Of a stretch of 64,000 nucleotides of DNA, positions 1 through 11,701 are shown piece after piece. This DNA is from Pelagomonas calceolata (Eukaryota): positions 4,960,001-5,024,000 of the forward strand of contig CAKKNE010000004.1 of assembly GCA_918797485.1 (NCBI GenBank), given 5' to 3'. Position 1 is the stretch's first letter, and every line of letters starts with the position of its first letter. A model generated the notes under the pieces. It was not told the DNA's origin. It worked only from the letters and a program-made list of their open reading frames with translations, and did no database searches. Position numbers and translations under genes: made by a program.

Positions 1-2214
1 ACGCTCGTAAAGCGGCGCGCGCGCGGCGAAGCCACTCAAAACGTGCGCGACGACGCGCGCGCCGCGAAGAGCTCTGAGTACGCGTGGCGAAACAGGCGAA
101 GGCCTCGAGACGCCGCGGCGGACTACTGGTGCGCGCTCGAAAGGCAGGCCTCGATGCGGCCTCGAGCTTGGACAGACAGAACGGCGCGCGAGGCGCGCTT
201 CGCGGGCCGCCGCTTTCTCCGAAGCCCTGCGCGGTCACAATGGTGTGGCGCGGCGAGTCTCAGGGGGTAGCAGCTTCTCTCTCGAGCTGCGAGAGCGCTC
301 TCAATGTTTAAATGCGTAAACGGCCTTTTTGAGCGCGTTTCCGCGCGCGCGGACGCGCGCCATCGCTGCGCGCGACTTTGAGGGACGCTGGGACCGCACG
401 GCGGCCTCGCGGGGTGAATCGGTGGCCCCGCAGAGCAGCGCGGCGCTGCGCGCGCAAACGCGGCCAGGAGGACGACTAGTAGCTTACTGTAGCTAGCCAT
501 TTTTGCCATACAACTCTTCCTAGCAGCGTTTTTGGGATGCGGGGGTGTTAGTATGGCAAAAGCAGCTTCTATGGCTGCGGCAAGGCGCAGCTAGCACCTA
601 TTTGACACTAGGTGATTATAGAACGACGAGGCTCGGCCAAAAATCGGGCAAATTTTGCGAGTTCAGCAAATTCGCTGGCGCTGTTGCCGGCGTTTACGGG
701 GGCCTTGAATAGGCCTACGAACGCCCAGTCAACGATTTTAGCCGCCGTGCGCGCTAGCGCGAGCATTCGGCGGTTTCACCTACGATGCTCTCCGAGCAAT
801 GAAACCGCGCGCGCCGGCGCTCAATTGCGTTAGCGCAATGCTCGCTTGTACGGCGGCAACGTGGCCTGCACCAGCGCTATCCAGCTCTCTCTCAACCGTC
901 GCGTGGTCGCCGCGGCGGCGGGAGACGCGCATGGCGCACGGCGGCGCGTTTACACGGCGGGCACGCCCACGGTCGTCGAGCCGGCCGCTTGACGGGCGTG
1001 ATCGGTCCTATGGCCGCGGGTCTATTTTCGAACTCAGCGAGCTCTGAAGCGCCCCAGCACCTTCAGCTGCGCGAATTCAGAGCCACCGGTCGCCGCCGAC
1101 GGAATGGAGCGGAGGTGCTGAGGATCCTTGGTCGCGGCGCCGGCCGATGAAGGAGATCACGGCGACGCCCTCTACACGCCGTCGACGCCCAGCAGCTGTC
1201 TGCCATGTCTGCAGATTGCGACGCCTGCGACCGAGCGTGGCGAAGTGCGTTCCGAGGGAGGCCGACCGCGTCGATGGCGTCGGTGCCAAACAGCGCCCTT
1301 TAGGCTTCTGGGGCAACGACCGCGGGCGTCGCGCGAGTCCAGGGCCTCTGAGCGGGCAGCGAAAGCCGCTGCCGCGACTCTTCTCCATGGGTTGGTACGG
1401 CGTCGTCGTGCACGAAGCTGCCGGGGCGCGTGCTGGCCCCGATCGAACCGCTGGGCCGGGCCCGCGACGGCCGTCGGCAGCGTCTGATGGACCGCGCCGT
1501 CGCGTTCGGGCCGTGCGGCACTCCTTCTGATCTCGTCGACGGACGCGGCGAGCTCTACGAGCGATGCGGCCGGCGGACGCGGCACGCGGCATCATCCAAG
1601 CGCTGTGGCTCTGCCCGATGGCGAGCGCGCACGCGTCGAGTTCGTGCGTAGCCGCGGACGTCGCGCGCGCGCTACTGCTGCTCTCGTCGGCGTGGCGAGC
1701 CGTTGAGATACTACGGCCGCGCCTCCGACAACATGCCGGCCGATTTGTTAAGTGACTCATTATTGTATATAGTATCTTACATGCAACGGCTCTTGGTGGA
1801 ACAACCGGCGCTCGAGCTCGTGTCCTGCGCCGACTGCGATCAGTGCCCGGGGCCCCCGCGCGCCGTCTCGAGACTCGAGCCCCGGCGGCCGGCAGCTGTC
1901 TGGCGTGGGCGCCCGCGCCGCCGGTCGCGCTCTCGACGGCGTATCTGCGTCGCCGACGAGGTCTGCGTGCGCACGGACAGCAGCTGCACGCGTACGTCGC
2001 TTCGTCGAGGCATTGGCCCTCGACCAGAAGATCGTCCAGCCGTTCCGCGAGGCGTCCACGCTGTCCGCACCGTCGGAAGCACGAAGCTCGTTGTCGGCTT
2101 TGTACGGGGAGAACGGCGCGGCCGCGGCGACAGCCGTCGAAGCAGTAGACGATGCCGTCCTATCGGGGAGAGCTCCGACTACCAAACAAGCACGCCATAG
2201 CCGCGTCGCATCAG

Positions 2215-2575
2215 GCCGCGGATTCTAACGCAGCGCTTCCTCGGCGCGGGCGCGGTGCTGTTCGCGGCGAGGCGTGGCGCGGCGACGACGTCGCGTCCGC
2301 CCTTGCTCGTGGCCACGGCCTGCTTGGTTCCGGCTGCGGCGGCATCGACGGCGGCGTTGACGCGGACTTGGTGAGGAAACGCTGCTCCGTGGGCCGTGTG
2401 TCGCGCGCGTCGCGCCCGGCAGCCGGGTCCGGCTTCGTGCGGCGGCCGCGTCGACGACGTCGTGCTTGGCTCGGCTCTCAGCTCAGAGGCAGGAGGAGCA
2501 GTCCTCAAATCGATGCTCTCCAACGCGCACTGGTCGCGTACGTGTCTTGTGGCGTGTCACAAGCTTTTGGGCAGC
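2215..2575. repeat. Diverged inverted repeat, arm A (partner 4410-4738)
   Basis: e.g. caaatcgatgctctccaacgcgcactggtcgcgtacgtgtcttgtggcgtgtcaca matches the reverse complement of 4410-4476; both arms translate to related HDVVDAAAA...PHQVR...DAAAA...AVATSK fragments. Confidence 0.7.
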
Positions 2576-3624
2576 CCTTTCGGGCGGCTTGATCGCGCAG
2601 ACGGCGTCGCGAACCGGCCAAACAAAAAGCGGCCGCAGCTTCCGGTTGGCATACTAGCCCTCGGTTCTTGAAAACTCACTAGCTTTTAGAACATTTCGGT
2701 GTTAATCCATGAAAATGGGCGGCATTTCATTTGCTTTCGACCTCTCCGTGGGGCTGCGTCGTCAGGGACTCGTTCCTGACCCTTGCGAGACCCGAGGACC
2801 GCCGCCCAGGGAGGCATAGCTCACTTCACCAATCAAACACCGACGCTAGTAGCAATTAAGTTTGTAGCAAACATTAGGTACTAGCCTGTGGAGTTCAGGT
2901 GGCTTTAAAAGTGCTTCAAGGATCTTCCGCCTCCTGGAGGCGACAACGCGGGGGCGAGTCGGTACTTCCGGGGCCGGTTTTCAATTAAGACAGAACGTGG
3001 CTAGGCGTCTTACTGGAGCCTAGCCTACAGAGCCGGGCGCTCAGGTCGACTTGCCTAAAAAGTGCCCTTTGCACTCGCAGGTGCCCCTGGGGCTGCCCAG
3101 TGAGCTGCAGCCCACAGCCAGGCTCCCAAGGCAGCTGCCAAGCAACAGCAGCGGCAGCTGGAGGCAACGTGCCACTTCGACACTCCACTTCCGATTTGGT
3201 GCATGAAGTTGCCCCTGGCCCCTTGCCCGTCACATGAACGCGAAATGCAGGTGCGGGCGGGCTCCGGTGCTCATTGGAACTCGCATGGCAAATTTGATTT
3301 TAGGCTAGGCAAGGTGCAGCTCGCGTGTGCGCCTCATGCGCGCGGGCAGGCGGCTCTCGCTACCATCGACGCGCAGCCGACGGCCGCCTTGGTGCCTTTA
3401 GCTTGGTGGCGCTTCAGTTGACGCTCCGCCCGGCGGGCTGCGTGGACGCCGAGGGGGCGTGGCTGCGAACTGCACGTGCGCTCAGCTTCCAAGTCCCCGC
3501 ATTTCACTCCCTGGGTGCCAGACAAACCGCTACTAGAGGCACTAAGTTGTTTCGGTGGAATTGGAGTCCCCTCGCTACCGCCGCCGTACAGCCGAATCGG
3601 CGCTGCCTCGATCAGGCCGACGTG

Positions 3625-4060
3625 ACTTTGTATGTGCTTCTAGAACCGCAAGAATAGTTTGGCGGCAGTTCTTCACCCTTTTCCGTAGCTTGAGTATGGG
3701 CGAACATAGTCTTCAGGACAATTAGACTGCCCGCCACCGAGCGCCGCCTCGACGGGCCGCCGAACTGCCGAGGTGACGTCGCATGTGCCTCTAGACCTGC
3801 AGAAATAGGTTAGCGGCGGGTCTTCGCCCTTTTCCGTCGCTTGAGTATGGGCGAACATAGTCTTCAGGACAGTTAGATAGCCAGCCACCGAGCTCCGCCT
3901 CGAACGGGCCGCCGAACTGCCGGGGTAACCTCGCATGTGCCTCTAGACCTGCATAAATAAGTTAGCGGTGGGTCTTCGCCCATTTCCGCTGCCTGCGTAC
4001 CGGCGAAGTTATTCTTCAGGACAATTAGACTGCCCGCCACCGAGCACCGCCTCGAACGGA
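3625..4060. repeat. Tandem repeat, ~151-152 bp unit, ~3 copies
   Basis: Unit cttc(a/g)ccc..ttccg...tcttcaggaca.ttaga...gcatgtgcctctagacctgca.aaata.gttagcgg recurs at 3671, 3822 and 3974. Confidence 0.9.
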
Positions 4061-4409
4061 CCACGTTGAGTTGAAATTCGCGTCGACGCCGGTCCATACC
4101 CTGTATCTCGGGTCGTCGGGGGCCGAAGACCAGCAACACAAGGTTACGCTGCCAACGAATACTAGATGACCACACGGGGCGGCCGTCTCGACTCCACCGA
4201 TGCCGCTGGCGGGTGTCGCTCTGGCCAAGAACGCGTCCCTGACGACGCAGTCTCAAGCAGAGGTCGAAAGCGGATCGAAAGCGTCCCTTGTCATAGATCA
4301 ACACCAAGACGGCGCTCCCACTAGGACAGCGCAGACAGCTCTAGGCTGCAGAGCTAATTTGGTCGGTGTGGCACGGAAGAGGGAGCTCGCTAGCAATCGT
4401 GTGGCAGGC

Positions 4410-4738
4410 CGCGCCAAAGCTGTGACACGCCATAACAACGCGCACGCGACCGGTGCGCGTCGGAGAGCACCATTTGAAAGACTGGCTCTCTCCTGCTGAG
4501 AGCCGAGCACGACGTCGTCGACGCGGCCGCCGCGGCACAACATCGGACCCAGCCGTAGGGTACGACGCGCGCAGCACGAGCGCGCGGAGGAGCGCTTCCG
4601 CATCAAGTCCGCGCAGACGCCGTCGCCGATGCCGCCGCCGCCAGAGCCGTGGCCACGAGCAAGCAAGCGGGCGACGCCGTCGCCGCTGCCTGCCGCACGC
4701 AGCACCACGCCAGCGCGTGACGTCAGAATTTGAGTCCG
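4410..4738. repeat. Diverged inverted repeat, arm B (partner 2215-2575)
   Basis: Reverse-complement similarity to arm A, read by eye. Confidence 0.7.
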
Positions 4739-5247
4739 CTCTACGACAAAACGTGTCCAATTCGTCGCCCGACGCCCGCGCGGGTGAGCGCGCCAGTCCG
4801 TGGGCGCTGCGGCGGCGTGGCGGGCATGTTGTGTGTTATCTCGGACGGCGCCGGGTGCCATCCGTGGCGCGGAAAGTGTCGTAGGTGACGCCGCGGTCGC
4901 GCCCGTGCTACCGAGCGGCGCCGCGGCGACACGGACTTGCCGAAGGCTTGAGATTCGGAGGCCGCGCTCCGCCCGTCATGGACCGGCCTGGCACAGGCGC
5001 CGGTCTGCGGAAGTCGTCGGGCCAGCGGCGCGCCGACGAGGCGACGAGAGGCGAGGCGGAGTAAGGGAGTTGTTTGTTTCTTACTGCTCCAACGGCCAGC
5101 AGTGGAACAGCCCTTATTCTTGTTCCGCACGGATCGCGCGCCACGGCAAACCCGCGCCGCGCCGCGCGACTCATGTGCAGATCGACGCGAAGGCACCGCC
5201 AAAGCGCTTGCTACAAGCAGCAAATACGTGATTGAGCGTTCGCATCA

Positions 5248-6570
5248 ATGACCAGTTGGTCCGATGTCGTCGCGCGGCGACCAAGGTCGGGTCGGGCGCG
5301 GCCAGATACCACGCCGCTGGCACCAGCTCGCAATCGCGCCCCGGCGCCCGCGCGGCCTAGTCCGCCAAGCGCGGCTGGCGAACGCGTCGCACCACGCACG
5401 TGGCCGCCGCCGCCACCGCCGCCACACCCATCTTTCGACCGGCCACGCCCTCTCGCGTCGCCGCCGCGGTTGCCAGAGACGCGACGAACAGCAGCGGAGA
5501 CCGTTCGGCACCCCTTGAGCGAAGCAGAACAGCTGTCGCTCGCGTTCCGGCTAAGCCTGGACGATGCAGGTGGTGCACGGTTAAATTGCGCGATGGACGC
5601 CCTCGCCGCCGCCTTTGCACGGTGCGCGACCTTCACCGTTAGAAGCGACGATGGCGAAGCTGGCCCGGTTCCGCGGTCCTTGCAGTGCTTCGCTAGGGCG
5701 GTGATCGCGCGGCGCCGCGGCGACGATGTCGGTGCCGCCGCCGCCGTGGACGACCTCCGCGTGGCATTGGGCGACGTCGACGCGCTCCGCGGGCCGTTGG
5801 GTGACGACGCCATTCGCGCTATCGTGTGCGACCTGGCGGACCCTCAGAAGATCGTCGATATCCAGGAAGTTCTTGATCTTATTTGTGACATCGGCCTCGC
5901 GACGCCGGGGCCTTACGGCAAACCCTGGCGGGAAATCTGCGTCGTGTGGTCGGCGTCCTGCCGGAAATGCGCCTTATCCAAGAGAAGGAACCCGCCGGTC
6001 CGGCGTCTACCGGGTCATGTGCGGGTGTCCGAGCTCTTAGCACTTTTCGCGGCGAGGAACTGCGACGCGACGTGCTCGGCGTTCCGGAACGCCGGATCCT
6101 TCATGGCGGCGCCGGAGCTCAAATGCGACCGTTGCCGGCTGCCGCCGCCTTCGCTCTGGTACGATTTGGATTTTAAGCTCAAGGCGTGCCCGCTCCTCTC
6201 GGTGTTGAGGCTGACGTACGACGCAAATAGAAGTGGGATCATCCGCGACGCCAAGGAAATTAGGAGAGTCATGGGCATGGTCTGGCGCGGCGGCGCGCCG
6301 ATTAATGCGAAGTCGCTCTACAGCAGCCGGCCGCGGTCGGGGGGCGAGAGTCTCGGCAAAGGCAAGAAGCACCTCGTCGCCGTCGTGGTGTACGAGAAGG
6401 GCTTGCACTTCGCGGCGTTCGTGCGCGCGCGGGACGGCTCGGACTCGTGGACGCAGCACGACGGCCGCGTGGCCACCGACTTCGGTTCGTTCGCCGCCGT
6501 CACCGAAAGGTGCGTCGAGAGAGAGTGGCTGCCCTATGTCCTCTTCTACGACAAGCTCTTGTTTAGTTGA
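5248..6570 (+). CDS. UIM + divergent USP (peptidase C19, USP53/54-like) domain protein
   Basis: 440-aa intronless ORF. UIM-like SEAEQLSLAFRLSLDD, Cys-box-like LNCAMDAL, CxxC pairs, and His-box-like HLVAVVVYEKGLHFAAFVR...WTQHDG...PYVLFY. Confidence 0.6.
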   Translation: MTSWSDVVARRPRSGRARPDTTPLAPARNRAPAPARPSPPSAAGERVAPRTWPPPPPPPHPSFDRPRPLASPPRLPETRRTAAETVRHPLSEAEQLSLAFRLSLDDAGGARLNCAMDALAAAFARCATFTVRSDDGEAGPVPRSLQCFARAVIARRRGDDVGAAAAVDDLRVALGDVDALRGPLGDDAIRAIVCDLADPQKIVDIQEVLDLICDIGLATPGPYGKPWREICVVWSASCRKCALSKRRNPPVRRLPGHVRVSELLALFAARNCDATCSAFRNAGSFMAAPELKCDRCRLPPPSLWYDLDFKLKACPLLSVLRLTYDANRSGIIRDAKEIRRVMGMVWRGGAPINAKSLYSSRPRSGGESLGKGKKHLVAVVVYEKGLHFAAFVRARDGSDSWTQHDGRVATDFGSFAAVTERCVEREWLPYVLFYDKLLFS

Positions 6571-7051
6571 ATACTGTAAGCATTGTTCTTGTTTTTCTGC
6601 GGACCTCGAGGCCTCATGCGCCGTGCGGCGTAGGCGATTGCACGTGTATAGTGCCGACCCTAGGCGACCCCAGGGGGACCTCTTTGGCAGGGATTGACAG
6701 GATTCCACAGGCGCGGCCGCCGTGGACCACGGCGGCATCGTCGCCGCGAATTACAAAATTATTGTTTTCGGCCCCCAGGAAGTGTCCCACTGATCACTTT
6801 GGACCAGTATCGAACGGAGCGATCGTCAAACAGCTGCATGTCGTTCCGTGCTAGTATCTTACAGACGCTACGTACCTTCACGCCGAGCATTCTGGCTGCT
6901 CGGTTCGCGGCGCCAGTGGACTGAACCGAGCCAGCGGGGACCAACGTTACAACAGAGCTACGGGCTGCGACACGCGATATAGCTGTACAGCAACACACAC
7001 GGCGCACTGCGCAAAACAGCTGTACGGCAACACGGGGTCGGCGGAGCAGCC

Positions 7052-10000
7052 ATGAAGCAATTCCAGCCGCTGGCTCCTTCCAGCACGAGACGCCCGCCGC
7101 TGCGGCCGCGGCAGTCGTCGGACACCGGCACCAAGAAGTTCCGGCCGCTCGTCGCGCGGAGCTCGACGCCGCCGCGGCCACCGGGCGCGCGCGTCGGCGC
7201 CGTCGCGGCGGTCCGCGAACTCGCCCGGACCGGAGCCGTGCCCCAGCCGCTGCGCCCGCGCCCGGGCTTCGCGGTCCCGCCGGCGCCGATCGCGGAGAGC
7301 GCCGAGCTGCCGCCGCCGCCCGCGGCGGAGGACGACGTGCCCTCGCCCGTACCCCCGCCGCGGAAGAAGCGCCGCGGCGCGTTCAAGCTCGCAATGGCGC
7401 GGCGGCCGGGCGCGCCGGCGCCGAGCGAGGACGCCGCACGCGGCAGCGCGGTGCACGCGACGCTGACGCAAGACGGCGACGACGGGGCGGAGGACGACGT
7501 GCCCTCGCCCGTACCCCCGCCGCGGAAGAAGCGCCGCGGCGCGCTCAAGCTCGCAATGGCGCGGCGGCCGGGCGCGCCGGCGCCGAGCGAGGGCCCCCGC
7601 TACCTGCCGCACGAGCCCCTCGTGCTCTGGGCGCCGGGCGCGGAGAGCCCGAAAAACGCCGCCCCGACGCGGCGGGCGCTGTTCCCCGGGGCGGCGCCGC
7701 CGGCGCCGGCGGGGCCCGTGCGCGTGCCGCCGCTCGTCGCCCAGTTCCTGCGCCCGCACCAGCGCGAGGGCGTGCGGTTCCTCTACGACTGCGTCGCGGG
7801 CCTGCGCGAGTACCACCCGGGCTTTCAAGGATACGGCGCCGTCCTCGCGGACGACATGGGCCTCGGGAAGACGCTCCAGACCGTGGCGCTCGTCTACGCG
7901 CTCCTCCGGCACGGCGCGGTCCCGCCCGCGACCGAGCCGTTCCGGCGCGTCGTCGTGGCGTGCCCCTGCTCCCTCGTGGCGAACTGGAAGGCCGAGTTCG
8001 ACAAGTGGATCAACGGCCGCGCGGCGACGCTCCGCGAGCGCGTGACCGTCAAGGCCGTCGACGCGGACCCCTCCAAAGCGATCGCGGCCTTCGGCGCGGG
8101 CTCGCGGCCCTTCCAGGTGCTCGTCATCTCCTACGAGTCGCTCGCGGCGCACGCGTCGGGCCTCGGCCCGGCGGCGTGCGACCTCCTCGTCTGCGACGAG
8201 GCCCAGCGCCTCAAGGGCCGGAAGACGAAGACCGCCCGGGCCCTCGGCGCCCTCCGGACCAAACGACGCGTCCTCCTCACGGGCACGCCCCTCCAGAACG
8301 ACCTCGAGGAGTTCTACGCGCTCGCCGACTTCGCGAACCCGGGGGTCCTGGGCCCGCCCGAGGCCTTCCGGCGGGGCTTCGCGCGGCCCATCGCCGCGGG
8401 GCTGGCCCGGGGCGCGGATCCCGACGAAGTCGCGCTCCGCGAGCGAAAACAGGCGGTCCTCGCCGAGGTCGCGACGCGGTTCCTCCTCCGCCGCGAGAAC
8501 CGCCTGAACGCGGCGCACCTGCCGCGCAAGCTCGTGCAGGTCGTCGTCTGCCGCGCGACGGCGGCGCAGCGCGCGGCCTACGGTGCCGTGCTCGCGGACA
8601 AGCGGCTGCGGCACGCGCTCCGGGGCAAGCAGGCGGACGTGCTCGCGTCGATCGGCAAGCTGCAGAAGATCTGCAACCACCCCTGCGCGCGCCCGCGTTG
8701 TATTTGTGTCCGCGTTTGATTTTTTTCCGACGCAGGCCTGCTCGACTCGGACGGCGACGCCGAGGGCGTCATGGCGGCCGTGGCGTCGGCGGGCCGCTTC
8801 ACGGCGGAGCGCCAGTCCGCCAAGCTCCACGTCCTGTTCCGGCTGTTGCGGGGACCCGCGCGTAAATTATGCCGCGATGATCGCGCGGAACGCTGCCCCG
8901 CGCAGGCGGGAGCTCCGGACGACCACGGACGAGCGGTGCGTCGTCGTCGCGTCGCAGACGCAGTCCCTGGCCCTGGTGGCGCGGCTGTGCGTCCGCGAGG
9001 GCTGGCCCTGGTGCCTGCTGGACGGCCGCACGCCGTCCAAGGAGCGCCAGAAGCTCGCGGACGGCTTCAACGACCCGGCGCGCCGGGACCCGGGTGGACA
9101 TCAATGTCGGAGCGACGTCGTCCCCGCGACCGCGTCGGCTCGATGGCGTAAAGGGTGATGTCCACGCAGGCCGGGACCACTTCTGCTTCCTGCTGTCGTC
9201 GACGGCGGGCGGCTGCGGCCTGAACCTGATCGGCGGGAGCCGCCTCGTCCTCTTCGACTCGTCGCGCGGCGGCGTCGGCGGTCGCCGCCGTCGTGCCGAC
9301 GCCCGCGCGCGCGCAGGTCCTGGAACCCGGCCGTGGACAAGCAGGCGGCCGCGCGGTGCTGGCGCGACGGCAACGCGCGGCCCTGCTACACCTACCGCCT
9401 CCTCACGGCGGGGACGATCGAGGAGAAGATCTACCAGCGCCAGCTCGCGAAGGAGGGCCTCGCGGCCGTCGTCGAGGACCGGGCCCAGAGCAACGCCTTC
9501 GACGCGTCGGAGCTCCGGGACCTCTTCGGCGACGTCGCCGCGCTCGACGCGGCGTCGGACACGCACCGCTCCCTGGGCTGCGCCTGCGCGGCGGCGTCCG
9601 CGGCGCCCGCGCGCTCGGCCGCGGCGGAGCGCCGGGCCCGCGCGCTGCGCGAGGGCGCCGTCGGCGCGGCCGCGGCGCGCGCCTGCCGGGCGTTCCTCGC
9701 GGGCCAGGTGGCCGAGGCGCAGGTGCCGCCGCCGGCCGCCGACGACGCGGCGGCGGCCGCGCACGCGGCCGACGCGGCGGCCCTCGCGGCGGCGCTGCGC
9801 CGCGTCGCCGCCGCGGTCGGCGCCGACGGGGGGCCCGCCACGCTCGCCCAGGTCCGCCGCGCGGCCGAGCAGCCCTTCGCGGACCTGCGCAAGGCGGGCC
9901 GCGCCGGCGCGGTCCTCGCGCCGGCCCTGGGCCGCCTCGACCGGGCGTGGCGCGCGCTCGTGCCGGCGCTCCAGGACCTCGTCGCCGAGGACCTGCCCCC

Positions 10001-10247
10001 GGTCGAGGAGGACGCGGCACCGGCCGCCGCCAGCGCGCCGGCCGCGCCGCCGCCGACGGGCCCCGCGTGCAAGGCGCAGGTGGACCTGCCGAACGACGAC
10101 GACCTCGCGAACTGGTCCCACCACGCGTCCGTGGCCACGACCGGCGACGAGGTCCTCAAGAGCGCCATGGCGGGCTCGGCCCTCGTCTCCTTCGTCTTCG
10201 GCATGGAGGTGACGGCCGACCTCGTGCGCGCGCACGCCGCGTCGTGA
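7052..10247 (+). CDS. RAD54: SNF2-family helicase, RAD54/RAD54B-like (introns 8685-8735, 8848-8905, 9082-9169, 9261-9316)
   Basis: LRPHQREGVRFL, LADDMGLGKT, CDEAQRLK, LTGTPLQNDL, LLSSTAGGCGLNLIG, WNPAVDKQAAARCWRDG, GTIEEKIYQRQ. Removing four GY-AG introns gives a continuous 980-aa frame. Confidence 0.9.
7324..7592 (+). repeat. ~107-bp near-identical direct duplication in the RAD54 N-terminus (period 162 bp)
   Basis: AEDDVPSPVPPPRKKRRGA(F/L)KLAMARRPGAPAPSE is encoded twice (7324-7430 and 7486-7592). Confidence 0.9.
8856..8905. mobile_element. Eroded introner element (intron 8848-8905, GC-AG)
   Basis: Degenerate TIR ccgcgcgtaaatta; imperfect TSD gcggggac/gcgggagc; splicing restores LLRELRTTTDER. 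Confidence 0.55.
9090..9169. mobile_element. Introner element (intron 9082-9169, GC-AG)
   Basis: TIRs ccgggtggacatcaa / gtgatgtccacgcag; perfect TSD gccgggac. Confidence 0.85.
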
Positions 10248-10402
10248 GATGCGCGCACCAAGACCAAGACCCAAGACTTTCCTTTCCGTTCCTTTCCTTC
10301 CCCCGAGATTAAGCTCGACACGACGTTCTCTCTCTACTACCGCGCCTGACTTGTGGCACGGACTTGTGCCTCCTCGGCGCCTTGCCCACATTTACTCTTT
10401 CT

Positions 10403-10427
10403 GTTACGGCGCTAGGACTTGTGAGCG
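10403..10427 (-). repeat. Very short 3'-end copy of the dispersed retroelement-like repeat
   Basis: gttacggcgctaggacttgtgagcg versus gttacggtgctaggactagtgggcg at 49152. Confidence 0.5.
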
Positions 10428-10527
10428 TCGTTGTGCTCTGACCAGTACATATATGCAAAAAAAAATGCGGAAACACTCTAGAGCTCGTGCTGAGAGTTGC
10501 GCTGCTCTCATTGCCATTTTGCGCATC

Positions 10528-11670
10528 ATGCGTTCAAAGATTGTCCTCTCACTGCTGCTGCTGCCTTGTTGTGCAGGAGCCCTGCTGCTGGGTGCCGTCC
10601 GCTGCAGCACGGTGCCGACGGTCCTCGACCTCGTGTTACAAGAGCGCCAGCGCTACGAGCAATTGTTTGGGCTGGAGCTGGCCGTATGCGCTGGCGCGAC
10701 GCCGCACGACGGGTTGCTCTGGCGCGGCGGCGCGGGCGCGGAGACGGCTCTCGACCGCTGCAGCTCGGTCCGGCGCGGCTTTGCGCAGATCTGCGAGGCG
10801 TCGACGGCAGCGGGCCTCGTCGAGGCGGTTCGACAAGCGGGCGTCGCGTGCGAGACTCCCTGGACCGTCGAGCACGTGCCGCTCTGGTCGACCCTCCGAG
10901 CCGGCGCGCGGCGCGACGATCACTGGCGTTTTTCCGGCCTGGCGCTCGCCCTCGCCCAGACCGTCGCCGGCCCGCCCGCTCTCCTGGGCGCCTCGGCGGC
11001 TCCTGATAGCTGCGTTCGCTTCGGCGTGCTGGAAAGCGAAACGCTGCGTTTCGGAGTGCTCCGGAAAGGCGTGCGGGGCGCCGGCGCGGCGGATCGCGAC
11101 GCGCACTGGGCCGCGCGACCCTTCAAGTTTTCGGGCGCATTGGACGCGGAAGTGTCGCGAGCCATCGTGAACATCGTGGTCGACTCGCGCAGCGACGCGA
11201 CGCCGCCGCCGCGCCTTTTCGACCCCTGCTGCGGCAGCGGGACCAACCTCTGGGCGGCGGCCTGTCGCGGAGGGTCCGTGGCGGGCAGCGACCGCGACGC
11301 GGCGAAGGCCGACGGCTGCCGCCGAAACCTCGAACACGCGGGCGTGGCGTTCGATGACATCGGCGTCCGAGACGCGTCGCGCGACGCGCTACCGGCGGCT
11401 TCGGACGCCGACTGCGCGGTGCTCAATCTTCCGTGGGGCGAGAAGGTGCGGCAGACGCACGGCGAGAACGATCGCATCCTGGCTAACGTCGCGGCGCATC
11501 TGCGGTCGGGCACGCCCGTGGCCTGTCTGGCCACGGATGGCGGCGGCCGCGACTGGGGACGCCTCGGCTACGAGGTGGAACGAGCGGCGGACGTGACCCC
11601 AGGCACGACCAAGCGCGGGAAGGCGTCGTTCGACGGCGCCGCGACCTGTTATTTGTTAAGAGTGAGGTAG
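10528..11670 (+). CDS. SAM-dependent RNA methyltransferase-like protein (UPF0020/Trm11-Trm14 type), organelle-targeted
   Basis: Hydrophobic N-terminus; motif I FDPCCGSGT; NLPWG (N/DPPY-like) motif. Confidence 0.7.
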   Translation: MRSKIVLSLLLLPCCAGALLLGAVRCSTVPTVLDLVLQERQRYEQLFGLELAVCAGATPHDGLLWRGGAGAETALDRCSSVRRGFAQICEASTAAGLVEAVRQAGVACETPWTVEHVPLWSTLRAGARRDDHWRFSGLALALAQTVAGPPALLGASAAPDSCVRFGVLESETLRFGVLRKGVRGAGAADRDAHWAARPFKFSGALDAEVSRAIVNIVVDSRSDATPPPRLFDPCCGSGTNLWAAACRGGSVAGSDRDAAKADGCRRNLEHAGVAFDDIGVRDASRDALPAASDADCAVLNLPWGEKVRQTHGENDRILANVAAHLRSGTPVACLATDGGGRDWGRLGYEVERAADVTPGTTKRGKASFDGAATCYLLRVR

Positions 11671-11701
11671 TTGTCTACGATGACCAGAGTGGGGTAGTTG
11701 T

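Noticed and set aside
1..2230. ORFs in the first 2.2 kb; 1905-2228 faintly resembles a post-RT region of non-LTR elements
   Set aside because: No diagnostic motif (no YxDD or zinc knuckle), and frames are short and inconsistent, so no call can be supported
3625..4060. Possible CRISPR array or ankyrin-repeat gene
   Set aside because: Whole units repeat with no unique spacers, there are no cas genes, the context is eukaryotic, and the period breaks the reading frame
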